Shown here: in pieces, positions 53,033 to 64,000 of the stretch
Position numbering within the stretch: the first letter of the stretch is position 1
Layout: the number at the start of each line of letters is the position of its first letter
Origin: Trichosphaerium sp. ATCC 40318
Lineage: Eukaryota; Protista; Tubulinea
Direction: 5' to 3'
DNA length: 64,000 bases
Assembly (NCBI GenBank): GCA_038496445.1
Contig: JALMLS010000215.1
Coordinates: forward strand, 253,670 to 317,669
Notes under the pieces: model-generated
What the model saw: the letters and a program-made list of their open reading frames with translations, nothing else
Told to the model about the DNA's origin: nothing
Database searches by the model: none
Made by a program: the position numbers and the translations under genes

Positions 53033-55345
53033 TTATGGTGATTTTGTTGGTAAAAATCCTTTCTTTTTACTGGAGTTATGGTAACTAAACACATTATTAA
53101 TACTTCTTATACCATCAATTTTACCTATTGGATACTTATCTTTGAACAATATACCTGGCTCAGTCCATAATGATGCAAATAGATTTTTCTTTATTGTCTT
53201 TTTGTTTACTCTTTTGATTTTGTTGGTCGCAGCAAATGCTCTTAAAGGAATTTTCTTATAAAACAAATGTCAATTAGTAACAAATAAATATTGGTACCTT
53301 AGCACAGAAACACATTACTGCATTTTGTACTGTTAATGCTGCAGCAGGATAAGAGTAATCTTTTTTCCTTGGAAAAGAAATTACATTAAAACTTTTATCT
53401 TGCCGTCCGAAAATTTTATCAATAGAAACCTTGATAAAAGATGCCACATTTTTTTTATCAAATGGTGATGCTAGAATAAACTTTTATTAGCTGTAATGGA
53501 CAAAAAAACAAAACTTGGTACCTGAGAAATAATAAACAGAGTAAACTGAAAGATCTACAAAAGCCAATGTCCAATAACTACCTTTACTTAGTAAATATTA
53601 AAACTGCTGTACTAACCAATCCTGTTCTACACTGTCATCATAGTTTGCAACATGTTCATCAAAAAGTGGTATTGGTATCAATAATATTTCTAGTGTGGTA
53701 CGATCATGTAAATTCACACAGTCTGTTTTAGTTAAAGCCTCTTCAACACCTCCATAATCCTACAATTAATTAAAACAACTAATTAAATAGAAAAATAAGT
53801 TGCCTGTTGCAGTAAACAGCAAGTGGAGTTTTCTGACAGCACTCCAATGTTATTTCTTTTACTTTTTTTTAAACCACTAAATAAACATTAATATTATAAT
53901 AACAATCATTAAAGTACCTTAATATAATATCTACCATTGCTGCAGTGGTAGGATTAGGTTGTATATCAGAAATAAATAGAAAAGCATAATCGTATAGTGT
54001 GCAATTGACATCAGATTCCAAAAAAATTGGAGTATCAAAAGGAACTATTGAATAAAAATCATCAATTTCTTCTTCTTTTTTGTTTTCTTTTTTTTCCAAT
54101 GGATTTTCTTTTCGGTCATTAACAGCAGCACTGTGATCACTATCATGTTCTTGTTCATGAAATGTTTTTTCTTTTCTTTTATCACCTTTGAAACTGTTTT
54201 CTTTAGTTTGAAATAAATTTCTTGATCCCTGAGAAGAAGATTCAGACATTTTTCTTTTGGTATTCGGTTTTGGTGTTGAGGATTGTTTTAATGGTGTTCT
54301 TAAAGGTTTCTTCCTGTTGGAAACAGTGGTTCTATGAGTTAAAGCCTTTATAACCAAGTGCCACTTTGGTGTAAAGTCATGTTCAGTTGCTGTACTATAA
54401 AAGATAAATTAGTATTGTAAAAAACCATAACTATATACATAAAAGTAGAAGTTATTGTAGTAAATCCTTTTTTCAAATCTTTAATGGACTTATGTTTGTT
54501 TTTATGATTCCATCCATAGTCAGCAACAGCTTTTAAATTTGCCACTAAACCTTCAGTAATAGGGCCCCAAATTGAGTTGCCAGTCGCAACAAATTCCAAT
54601 AACTTAGTTTCTAGATGAAATGGTTACAATAATAATAATGTAAAAAGACATTACCTGCCAACTCAAAAGAATGTTCATGTTCATCGGTCAGCGTATCAAA
54701 AAATTGAGCTACAAAAATACGTAATCTAGGTTTAATATATTCACGGATATGTTTACGTGCTTCGGAAAGAAGAAAACGGTCAAAAGGACAACCATAAAAT
54801 GCTTCAAACCCTATTTGTATTTTTTTTATAATTGCATCGGCTTGACTTAGATCTGTGTTTGGGAAATAGTGTTCAATCTCATTTTTAACATAATTCTAAT
54901 GGGAATAAATAAAAAGGATTTTTTTTTTAACGTACCACATATTTTGTTTCAATAGTTTCTAATTTATGATGCTGTCCTACAAATGCTCTGAATGCAGTAT
55001 TTAAGGCAGATATAGCCAATTGCAGTTCTCTTATTGAGTTTTTTACATCAGAAAATTCTTCTTTAGTCGTAATTCTTAATTCATTAATACTTGTCTTTAT
55101 ATCTCCTAAAAATAATTAATTTAAATAGCTGGTATAAAATTAGTACCAATTGTTGGAGTATAATTTTTTTGATCTGTAAAATAATCCAATAATTCTTCTG
55201 AATGATCGTTTAATGGCTCCATGTCATTATCAGACTCTTCCGATGCAGAAGAGTAAATCCGAGTTCTTTTAACAGAATTATTATCACGTTTTTCAGATCT
55301 TTTTCTTTTAAGCTTTTTTGTTTCAGTATGAAGAAGAAAATCCAT
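53033..55345 (-). CDS. Transposon-associated protein: basic/acidic N-terminus, coiled coil, degenerate Ulp1/C48-like C-terminal domain
   Basis: Spliced frame from MDFLLHTETKKLKRKR; ILLIPI..GSYWTLAFVDLSVYSVYYFS resembles Ulp1 HWxLxxxD..YYDS with the catalytic residues replaced. Confidence 0.55.
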
Positions 55346-55447
55346 CGTTTATTGTAATGATGCAAAATTATAAAATTAAAGGAAAAATATTGACTAAACG
55401 ATGGACAAAAAAAAATCAAAAGGAAAAAAGTTACCCTTTATTATCAT

Positions 55448-57960
55448 TTAGTTGTACAAAGACTGAATGCTTGTGATTTCTATAGAAAAACTGAGTCAAA
55501 TGAATAAGTAAAAATTCTTTACCTGTTTTTGAAAGCTTTTCTTTAAAAGTGTTGACTTCCTCATTACATAAATCAGAGGTTTCTGAAAAATTAGGAATGA
55601 ATTGAGGTAAATTTTTACAACATTGACATTCATTTTTCAATGTTGATGATACCTGTCGGACATGAAGTCTTTCTTTGCGGAATCGGACAAAATCTTTACC
55701 ATGCCATGTAACCATACCATGTGCATACCATTTTGTTATAACTGATAAAGCTCTCTGACCTATTTATCTGTTATTAACTATTTTTAATTTTATGATCGTA
55801 CTAGGTAACTTATTAAAAGCAGCTACATCATTATCATGATAATTAATAATTGAGCATGGAGTTATGAAAAAGGTACATCCGACAGCATTATCATCTCCAT
55901 TCCAGTTTTTTTGTAATTCAAGTGAGGCCTTAATTGCATTTTTAGCATGAGTAATGTTGTTGGGGTTCTCAGGCATTTCTATATAAGCCCATGACTCATG
56001 TATAAACCTACAATAGTTATAAAAAGATAAATACTGTCTCTTATTGTGGTACGTACTCATAAGAAGTGTAAAAAGTCTTTCTTACTGCCTTTAATCCGAC
56101 TACTTCATTGCCTTGGTAAGTTGTACTAGCATTGGCAAGTAAACTGATTAATTGTAGCCTATCTCATTATTAATAAACAGATATTGTGCCTTATACATAC
56201 CCATAAGCATTATTTATAATTAAATCACTTTCTTGTAATCGTAATTCTTTAGTCTCACAGTCTATTGAACCCGAAGTACGTATAAGTAGGTGTTGATTAG
56301 CTTGTACCAGTGGGTCATTAAAATTTACTTCTAAATGATGGTGCCATGTAAAGTTTCTTACATAAGGCCTATACCACTTTAATTGATTGTTGTATAATAT
56401 CTTCATTTTTTTTTGTATAAAAGGAACTATCTGTGGTTGTTCTGGTCTTAATTCACGTAGTATAACACTATAAAATCCACTATGCCCAAAACCCATCGTT
56501 GCTGTTACTTTATGCCGTACTGCACTTGGTATGCCTCCATGTAATGCCCATACAAAATTAGTATCCTGTATTCCGATTACATTATTTTTTTCTACAAAAA
56601 AAGTAAGAAAAAAAAAAATTGTAGAAGTACTTTTATCAGCTATTAGTATCGTTTTAAAACTGTCAATATCTTCTTTGTCTGTTTCATCTACCAAAAATCC
56701 AATCAAAGTAATACCAGCTGTCGGATGTATATGCCCTGAATCAGTATGCCAACCCAAATTATTACTCTGTGTATAATACTAATATAAATTAATAAACTCC
56801 TAATAACTAATACAGACCTTTATCTCTATAATATATCTTTCTGGATCGTAAAGTGTCTTTGTCTTACTATCACAGTGTAATGCCAGATGTAAAGCATATA
56901 ATGGTTTTAGCAATTCCATGTCAACTGAAGTAAGAGGTTTTGATGGATGACAGTGATTATTGCCCAATATTTTCGGATTATTAACATTGTATGGAGATAA
57001 CCAATTGTCCTTTCCAAAATAACTTGAAGCATGCTGAGTTAAATAATAACAGGACAATAGATCATCTCCTTTAGTTGCACGGAACTAACATTAAATTAGC
57101 CTGGATAAGAAAAAATAAAAATCATACCAAATAAGACAAGCTGTCTTTGTTATTTCTGACAAATTGTTGTATCCTGTCAAACAATGTATCCATAAACCCG
57201 GATTGCTTTTTTATAACATATAAAGTGCTATCATTTTTAGAAATGTCATCAACAGCTATTTTGCAATGTTTAATAGGTATCGTATCTCCATGAATATATA
57301 TCTATTAAATGATAAATATTCATCAAACAAAAAATGTTTACCTTTTTAGTTTTAGCTTTACGAGTGCTATGAAAATCGATGGGTTTAAACTCAGCTGCAT
57401 TTTGTTTTGCTTTATTGGTACAATAATCTTGGTCAAATACTTCTTCAGGAATATTAGAAGGTATTTCTAGCAATTAATTAGTGTAATAACAAAAAAAATA
57501 ACTTACTTCCTGTCGTTATGCCATCATAAGCATACTGTATTTGTTTTCTGGTCGGTGCTTTTGTTAAGTTATCTTTGGCAGTGGCTTTTTTGCTTCGTTT
57601 TTGATACAAAGCTATATTACTTGCAACAATATATAAATGTTCCAAATTGCAAAGGTTTTCATGTCCTAACTAAACATATACTGTTAATATTATGATAAAC
57701 TGACTATGGTGTACTTGAACGATTAATTGCTCAGCTGGATTTGATAATCGTTGGTGGTTGGGAGGTTGTATTGTTCTTAGTTTGTTTATAATTATGTCTC
57801 TCTTCGGCCTTTGTACTTCTAAATGCAACTTACATGATGTAGATGAATTTGTTTGAGTAATTTCTCCCCCATTGTTATACAATCGTAAAGTTGCCTGGTA
57901 TATAGTATTTGTCAATTTCTCCCTTGTAGCTTTATCCAATACATTACTTGTAACAGCAAC
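55448..57960 (-). CDS. AlkB-like 2OG-Fe(II) dioxygenase domain protein (5' end unresolved)
   Basis: Spliced YIIEIK|YYTQSNLGWHTDSG..ITLIGF..WALHGG..VRHKV..FYSVILR gives an HxD...H...R pattern; further exons end CQCC..EITSIQSLYN*. Confidence 0.65.
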
Positions 57961-58239
57961 CTACACCAAAGTGAGTAATAAACATTAAAACAAAAGTTTA
58001 AAATGATCAATGTAATTGACTACACTAAACAGACTCAAAGCCGACTGAAATCAACCTATAACATAAAGACAACCACCGATGCCTAAGACCGACTTACAAT
58101 ATCTCAAAACAGCTGCCGACTCCCAAATTATGTACAACTCCAAACCAGCCAAACATGGAAACTTATTGTTGATACTTAAATTAACTCGCAGCACCTTGGA
58201 ACAGTTGTTGAAACCAAAAACGACCCACAACCAAATCGG

Positions 58240-59560
58240 AAAAATACATGTGAAAATTACTGCCGACTTCTAAAACGACTGCGACACCTGCATCGCCTTG
58301 CAACACCTTGAGACAGTCGCCGAAACCAAAACAGCCAGTAATACCAAATTGGAAAAAAAAACATGTGAAAATTACCACCGGCGCCTCATAACAGTCGCCG
58401 ACACCTAAATCGACTCCCGATGCCTCAAAACAGTCGCCGACACCTAAACCGACTCCCGATGCCCCGAAACAGTCGCCGACACCTAAATCGACTCCCGATG
58501 CCCCAAAACAGTTGCCGACACCTAAATCGACTCCCAACGCCTCAAAACAGTTGCCAATATCTAAAACGATCGGCTACACAAAAACAGTCGCCGACTTCAG
58601 AATGGTCGAAAACCAAAAACACGTGAAAGTGCCTAAAGCGACTGCCGACACCTAAATCGACTTCTGACGCCTCAAAACAGTCGCCGATTCCAAAACGACT
58701 GAAAAAAACCAAAAACACGTGAAAATTATCGCCGACACCTCAAAACAATTACCGATGCCTAAATTGACTTTCGACACCTCAAAACAGTCGTCGATTCAAA
58801 ATGGCTGAAAAAAACCAAAAACATGTGAAAATTATCACCGACGCCTCAAAACAATCACCGACGCCTATATCGACTCCCGTCGCCCCCGAAACAGTCGCCG
58901 ATTTCAAAACGGCCAAAAAAACCCAAAAACACGCGAAAATTATCGCCGATGCCTCAAAACAGTCTCTGACACCTAAATCGACTCCCGACGCCTAAATCGA
59001 CTCCCATTGGCCCGAAACAGTCGCCGATTCCAAAACAGCCGAAAAAAAACCAAAAACACTCGAAAATTATCACCGACGCCTTAGAACAGTCGCCGACGCC
59101 TATATCGACTCCCGTCGCCCCCGAAACAGTCGCCGATTTCAAAATGGCAAAAAAACCCAAAAACACGTGAAAATTATCGCCGACGCCTTAAAACAGTCGC
59201 CGACGCCTATATCGACTCCCGTCGCCCCCGAAACAGTCGCCGATTTCAAAATGGCAAAAAAAAAACAAAAACATGTGAAAATTATCGCCGATACCTTAGA
59301 ACAGTTGCCGACACCTAAATCGACTCCCATCGCCCCTGAAACAGTCGCCGGCTTCCAAAACGACTGAAAACCAAAAAACATGTGAAAATTATCGCCGACA
59401 CCTCGGAACAGTCGCTGACACCTAAACGACTCCCAACACCTAAATCGACTCCTGATGCCTCGAAACAGTCGCCGATGTCTAAAACGATCGCCTACACCAA
59501 AAAACAGTCCACCAACATCTAAACGACCCACAACTCCAAAAACGACTAAAAACACCCCAC
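58240..59560. repeat. CpG-rich complex tandem array (39-bp unit and ~107-bp higher-order unit)
   Basis: CAGTCGCCGACACCTAAATCGACTCCCG recurs at 58392/58431/58470/58509; AAAATTATC(G/A)CCGA recurs about every 107 bp. Confidence 0.93.
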
Positions 59561-60148
59561 AATACAGTCGTTTAGGCTAAAACGATGACCAACAACGAAA
59601 ATTGCTGTAAAAACTCAAATAAACCTCAAAACGATCACAACAACTGTTTTTACACTAAAATTGCCTCAAAATACTCTAAACAAGCCACAAAAAATTGATT
59701 TGGTCATAAAATCGTCAAAAACAAAATAAACCTTCTCAACAATAACGTACGTCCTCTTGTAGCTTCAATCTGATCGTTACCTCATTTTTTTCTGTTTTTC
59801 ATCATTTAGGGTTCTAAAACAGAGGTTAGTTTCAAAACCACCAAAAATACATAAAACAAGTACTGCTGGGTCAATATTTTGATTACTATGTCGTTTGCTC
59901 ATAGTACAGCCGAAATATTTGGCCTTTTAGCAAAATTCAAAGAATCTGCTTGTTTTGTAATTTTACCAAATTTTGAGCTTAAAAACGACCAAAAAAAAAA
60001 AAAACCCTTCAAAACAGTACCACAGCATTAATATCTACATTTTAGCGAGTAGCTTTTTAGTGCAGCTTAATTGGATAATTTTGACTTAAGGTAAGCTAAA
60101 TTTTTTTTCAAAAACGACAGTTTTAATGTGCCACAATTAGTTTAAACA

Positions 60149-62077
60149 ATGGCTTCTATCAAAAAAAAGTGTGAATACTGTAATATTATGATCACAATGC
60201 CCAATTATGGCAGACACCTCAAATCTAAACAGCATACATTAAAAGTTGTGGAAAAATCTCTGTCAGTTTTACCCTCTCCTTCAAAACGATTAAAACAATC
60301 ATCTTCTATTAACCAATTACAACCTTCTATTCCTTCACAACAGATGCAACTAAAAGCTGATGCAAATCAATTAAAGAACGTAGCTGCAACACATGTTCAC
60401 ACAGAAAAACCATATTCTTTTCCTATTATAAACTCAATGCCAGTTAATATATCTCATGAACCTGAACAAATCATTACAGATTTAATTGATATTGAACCTT
60501 CACAGTTTAATTCTTTTATGTCTCCTATGCAGAAAGTAAAATATATACTGATTGCTTTACAGCATGAAAAAAAATTATCTGAAGTACAGATACAGACAAT
60601 GATAGAATTCTATAATCTTGCTTCAATTATTTTACAGGACACTAATCAACCCATTCCGAAAAACATTAAACAATTTAAACATCAGCTACCTCAGGTACTT
60701 ACATATTTAATATGTTATTATTTAACACTGATAATAGTTTAATATCAAGATACACACTGAGTTCATAGATATACGTTATAGTGTACACAAACAGATTCTT
60801 TATAAAACAGTTCCGTATGTGCCAATTGAAGAATATGTGAAGTGGTTTATGTATTCAATACCTACGATGGATTTGATTATTCCAAAAACAGTTCCTTTTT
60901 CTGGATATTATGCTGGCTCTGAAACTGGATCAAGATATACTGACTTATTTGCAGATGTACAAGATGATAATGCTATATGTTTAGCAGGTAAGTATAGTAA
61001 TTTTGGCCAATATAGTATTCACATTGTTTAGCATATATAGCATGGGATGACTTTACTTTTGACACAAAAGATACTTTTGGTCCTATTTACTTATGTTTTT
61101 GGAATTTACAACTAAAACAAGCTGACAAAGATCCCATACAGGTTGTTTTGACTATTTTACCACAGGGTAAACACAACTACTATATACATTTACATAATAC
61201 TTATTGTTTAGGAGTAATAATTGAAGATGTAGTTGCTAAAGTAGTAGACAATTTCAAAAAACTTTGGCATGGATACAATTGTTATGTAACTGCTAAAAAA
61301 AAGGTTAGTTTGGATAATACAGTAGCAACTTTATTATTTTTAACACAATATTAGATTTGTACTGTATATGTGCGTTTATCCATGATTTTAGGAGATATGG
61401 TTGGTTCTAACAAATTTATCTGTAAGATTATTAGACAATTTATAGACACTTACACAAAAATTAGCAATGTGTGGTCCAACTCATAAAAAAGGATGCAGAA
61501 TTTGTATTCAAGATAGAAAAACATGTGCCGATTATGGATTAAAAATGCTACGTAACATTGATGGAATCAAACAACTTATTGTTTCTGTATGTGCAAATTT
61601 TATGGTGTAATTTAATTGTGTTAGGACAATTTGAAATCTGGCAGCAAACAATTAAACAGCATTTTTGGCATTCATAAAAAAAGCCCTTTATTTGATCTAT
61701 TACCTTATGGCTTTAATTTATTTTGGCATACTCCATACTGTCCTTTTCATAATATATTTTTGGGATTATTTAAAAATATATTCATTGCAACTATAACATG
61801 GATGGAAAATCAGAATTGGATATCTGGCAATACCATCAAACCTCAAAAAGAGCTATTGCACAAAATAGTAGAAAAAAGAAAAAATGAATATCAAAGTTTA
61901 CATGGAGTACATATAGCAAAGTATGATAATATAATCATAAATACTTATATTTTAATAGAACCAAGCCAATTTGGAACAACTCTTCAGAATTATCTTTAAA
62001 ATCCTGGGATGGCACTGACTGCCGTTAATGTTACGTATGATTTTATGGGTTTTCAAAGGGTTGCTGCCCAAATCCGA
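60149..62077 (+). CDS. DNA transposase, CMC (CACTA/EnSpm/Plavaka-like) type with N-terminal C2H2 zinc finger; cut at the inversion junction
   Basis: CEYC..HLKSKQH finger; YIAWDDF..GPIYLCFWNL; ILGDMVGSNKFISMCGPTHKKGCRIC; SPLFDLLPYGFNLFWHTPYCPFHNIFLGLFK (C/DxxH motif). Confidence 0.8.
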
Positions 62078-63472
62078 TGATTTGCAACAGCTTTTAGTTG
62101 CATCTGTTGTGAAGGAATAGAAGGTTGTAATTGGTTAATAGAAGATGATTGTTTTAATGTTTTGAAGGAGAGGGTAAAATGACAGAGATTTTTCCAAACT
62201 TTTAATGTATGCTGTTTAGATTTGAGGTGTCTGCCATAATTGGGCATTGTGATCATAATATTACAGTATTCACACTTTTTTTTGATAGAAGCATTGTTTA
62301 AACTAATTGTGGCACATTAAACTGTCGTTTTTGAAAAAAAATTTAGCTTACCTTAAGTCAAAATTATCCAATTAAGCTGCACTAAAAAGTACTCGTAAAA
62401 TGTAGATATTAATGCTGTGGTATGTTTTGAAGGGTTTTTTTTTTTTTTGGTCGTTTTTAAGCTCAAAATTTGGTAAAATTACAAAACAAGCAGATTCTTT
62501 GAATTTGCTAAAAGGCCAAATATTTCGGCTTTTTGTACTATGAGCAAACGACATAGTAATCAAAATATTGACCAGCAGTACTTGTTTTATGTATTTTTGG
62601 TGGTTTTGAAACAAACTCTGTTTTAGAACCCTAAATGATGAAAAACAGAAAAAAATGAGGTAACGATCAGATTGAAGTACAAGAGGACGTACGTTATTGT
62701 TGAGAAGGTTTATTTTGTTTTTGACGATTTTATGACCAAATCAATTTTTTGTGGCTTGTTTAGAGTATTTTGAGGCAATTTTAGTGTAAAAACAGTTGTT
62801 GTGATCGTTTTGAGGTTTATTTGAGTTTTTACAGCAATTTTCGTTGTTGGTCATCGTTTTAGCTAAACGACTGTATTGTGGGGTGTTTTTAGTCGTTTTT
62901 GGAGTTGTGGGTCGTTTAGATGTTGGTGGATGTTTTTTGGTGTAGGCGATCGTTTTAGACATCGGCGCTGTTTCGAGGCATCAGGAGTCGATTTAGGTGT
63001 CGGGAGTCGTTTAGGTGTCAGCGACTGTTCCGAGGTGTCGGCGATAATTTTCACATGTTTTTTGGTTTTCAGTCGTTTTGGAAGCGGCGACTGTTTCAGG
63101 GGCGATGGGAGTCGATTTAGGTGTCGGCAACTGTTCTAAGGTATCGGCGATAATTTTCAATGTTTTTGTTTTTTTTTTGCCATTTTGAAATCGGCGACTG
63201 TTTGGGGGCGAGGGAGTCGATATAGGGTCGGCGACTGTTTTAAGGCGTCGGCGATAATTTTCACGTGTTTTTGGGTTTTTTTGCCATTTTGAAATCGGCG
63301 ATGTTTCGGGGGCGACGGGAGTCGATATAGGGTCGGCGACTGTTCTAAGGCGTCGGTGATAATTTTCGAGTGTTTTTGGTTTTTTTTCGGTGTTTTGAAT
63401 CGGCGACTGTTTCGGGCAATGGGAGTCGATTTAGGCGTGGGAGCCGATTTAGGTGTCAGAGATGTTTTGAGG
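62078..63472 (-). repeat. Inverted duplicate of ~58952-60369
   Basis: Near-exact reverse complement with scattered small indels. Confidence 0.95.
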
Positions 63473-64000
63473 TTTGATGGTATTGCCAGATATCCAATTC
63501 TGATTTTCCATCATGTTATAGTTGCAATGAATATATTTTTAAATAATCCAAAAATATATTATGAAAAGGACAGTATGGAGTATGCCAAAATAAATTAAAG
63601 CCATAAGGTAATAGATCAAATAAAGGGCTTTTTTTATGAATGCCAAAAATGCTGTTTAATTGTTTGCTGCCAGATTTCAAATTGTCCTAACACAATTAAA
63701 TTACACCATAAAATTTGCACATACAGAAACAATAAGTTGTTTGATTCCATCAATGTTACGTAGCATTTTTAATCCATAATCGGCACATGTTTTTCTATCT
63801 TGAATACAAATTCTGCATCCTTTTTTATGAGTTGGACACACATTGCTAATTTTTGTGTAAGTGTCTATAAATTGTCTAATAATCTTACAGATAAATTTGT
63901 TAGAACCAACCATATCTCCTAAAATCATGGATAAAGCACATATACAGTACAAATCTAATATTGTGTTAAAAATAATAAAGTTGCTACTGTATTATCCAAA
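63465..64000 (-). repeat. Inverted duplicate of ~61309-61848
   Basis: Near-exact reverse complement; joined to the previous block through the shared 8-mer CCTCAAAA. Confidence 0.95.

Larger units (their letters stand above)
53033..62077. mobile_element. Putative large composite DNA transposon (transposase + divergent cargo genes + internal repeat array); termini not identified
   Basis: Transposase, Ulp1-like gene, repeat arrays and a shared AT-rich/CpG-poor coding composition unlike the host genes; no TIR or TSD could be assigned. Confidence 0.6.

Noticed and set aside
58181-59555. ORFs with GVDLGVGDCF or KQSPTPKSTP repeats
   Set aside because: By-products of a 39-bp repeat; frames break repeatedly between units and no splice structure supports them.
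62053-63952. ORFs suggesting a second transposase on the - strand
   Set aside because: Frameshifted inverted duplicates of 58952-60369 and 61309-61848.

Overview
Compact, AT-rich, intron-rich eukaryotic (protist-like, possibly amoebozoan) DNA using the standard genetic code, with short GT-AG introns that often start GTACG. Bases 1-~50,200 are a dense run of host genes: a class C GPCR, a J-domain protein, VPS25, MCRS1, a Reeler/LPMO-like secreted protein, a MORN protein, RRP15, an F-box/LRR protein, RanGAP, an ART-like protein, SAPS, eIF5B, an RRP5 N-terminal half, APC2, PFAS, Btz/CASC3, a GT90 and several hypotheticals. From ~49,200 the DNA becomes strongly CpG-depleted. It then holds decayed repeats, a 35-bp satellite and a large DNA-transposon-like region: a C2H2+CMC/CACTA-type transposase facing away from two cargo genes (AlkB-like 2OG-Fe(II) dioxygenase; dead Ulp1-like), separated from them by a CpG-rich repeat array. 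The last ~1.9 kb are inverted copies of upstream sequence, probably an amplification or assembly chimera. Best candidates for new biology: (1) one spliced ORF where a histidine-brace LPMO-like domain sits internally behind a second signal peptide, downstream of a Reeler module; (2) the dioxygenase-carrying transposon inside a methylation-scarred domain; (3) an RRP5 lacking its C-terminal HAT half. All exon structures and family calls were made by eye, without database searches.
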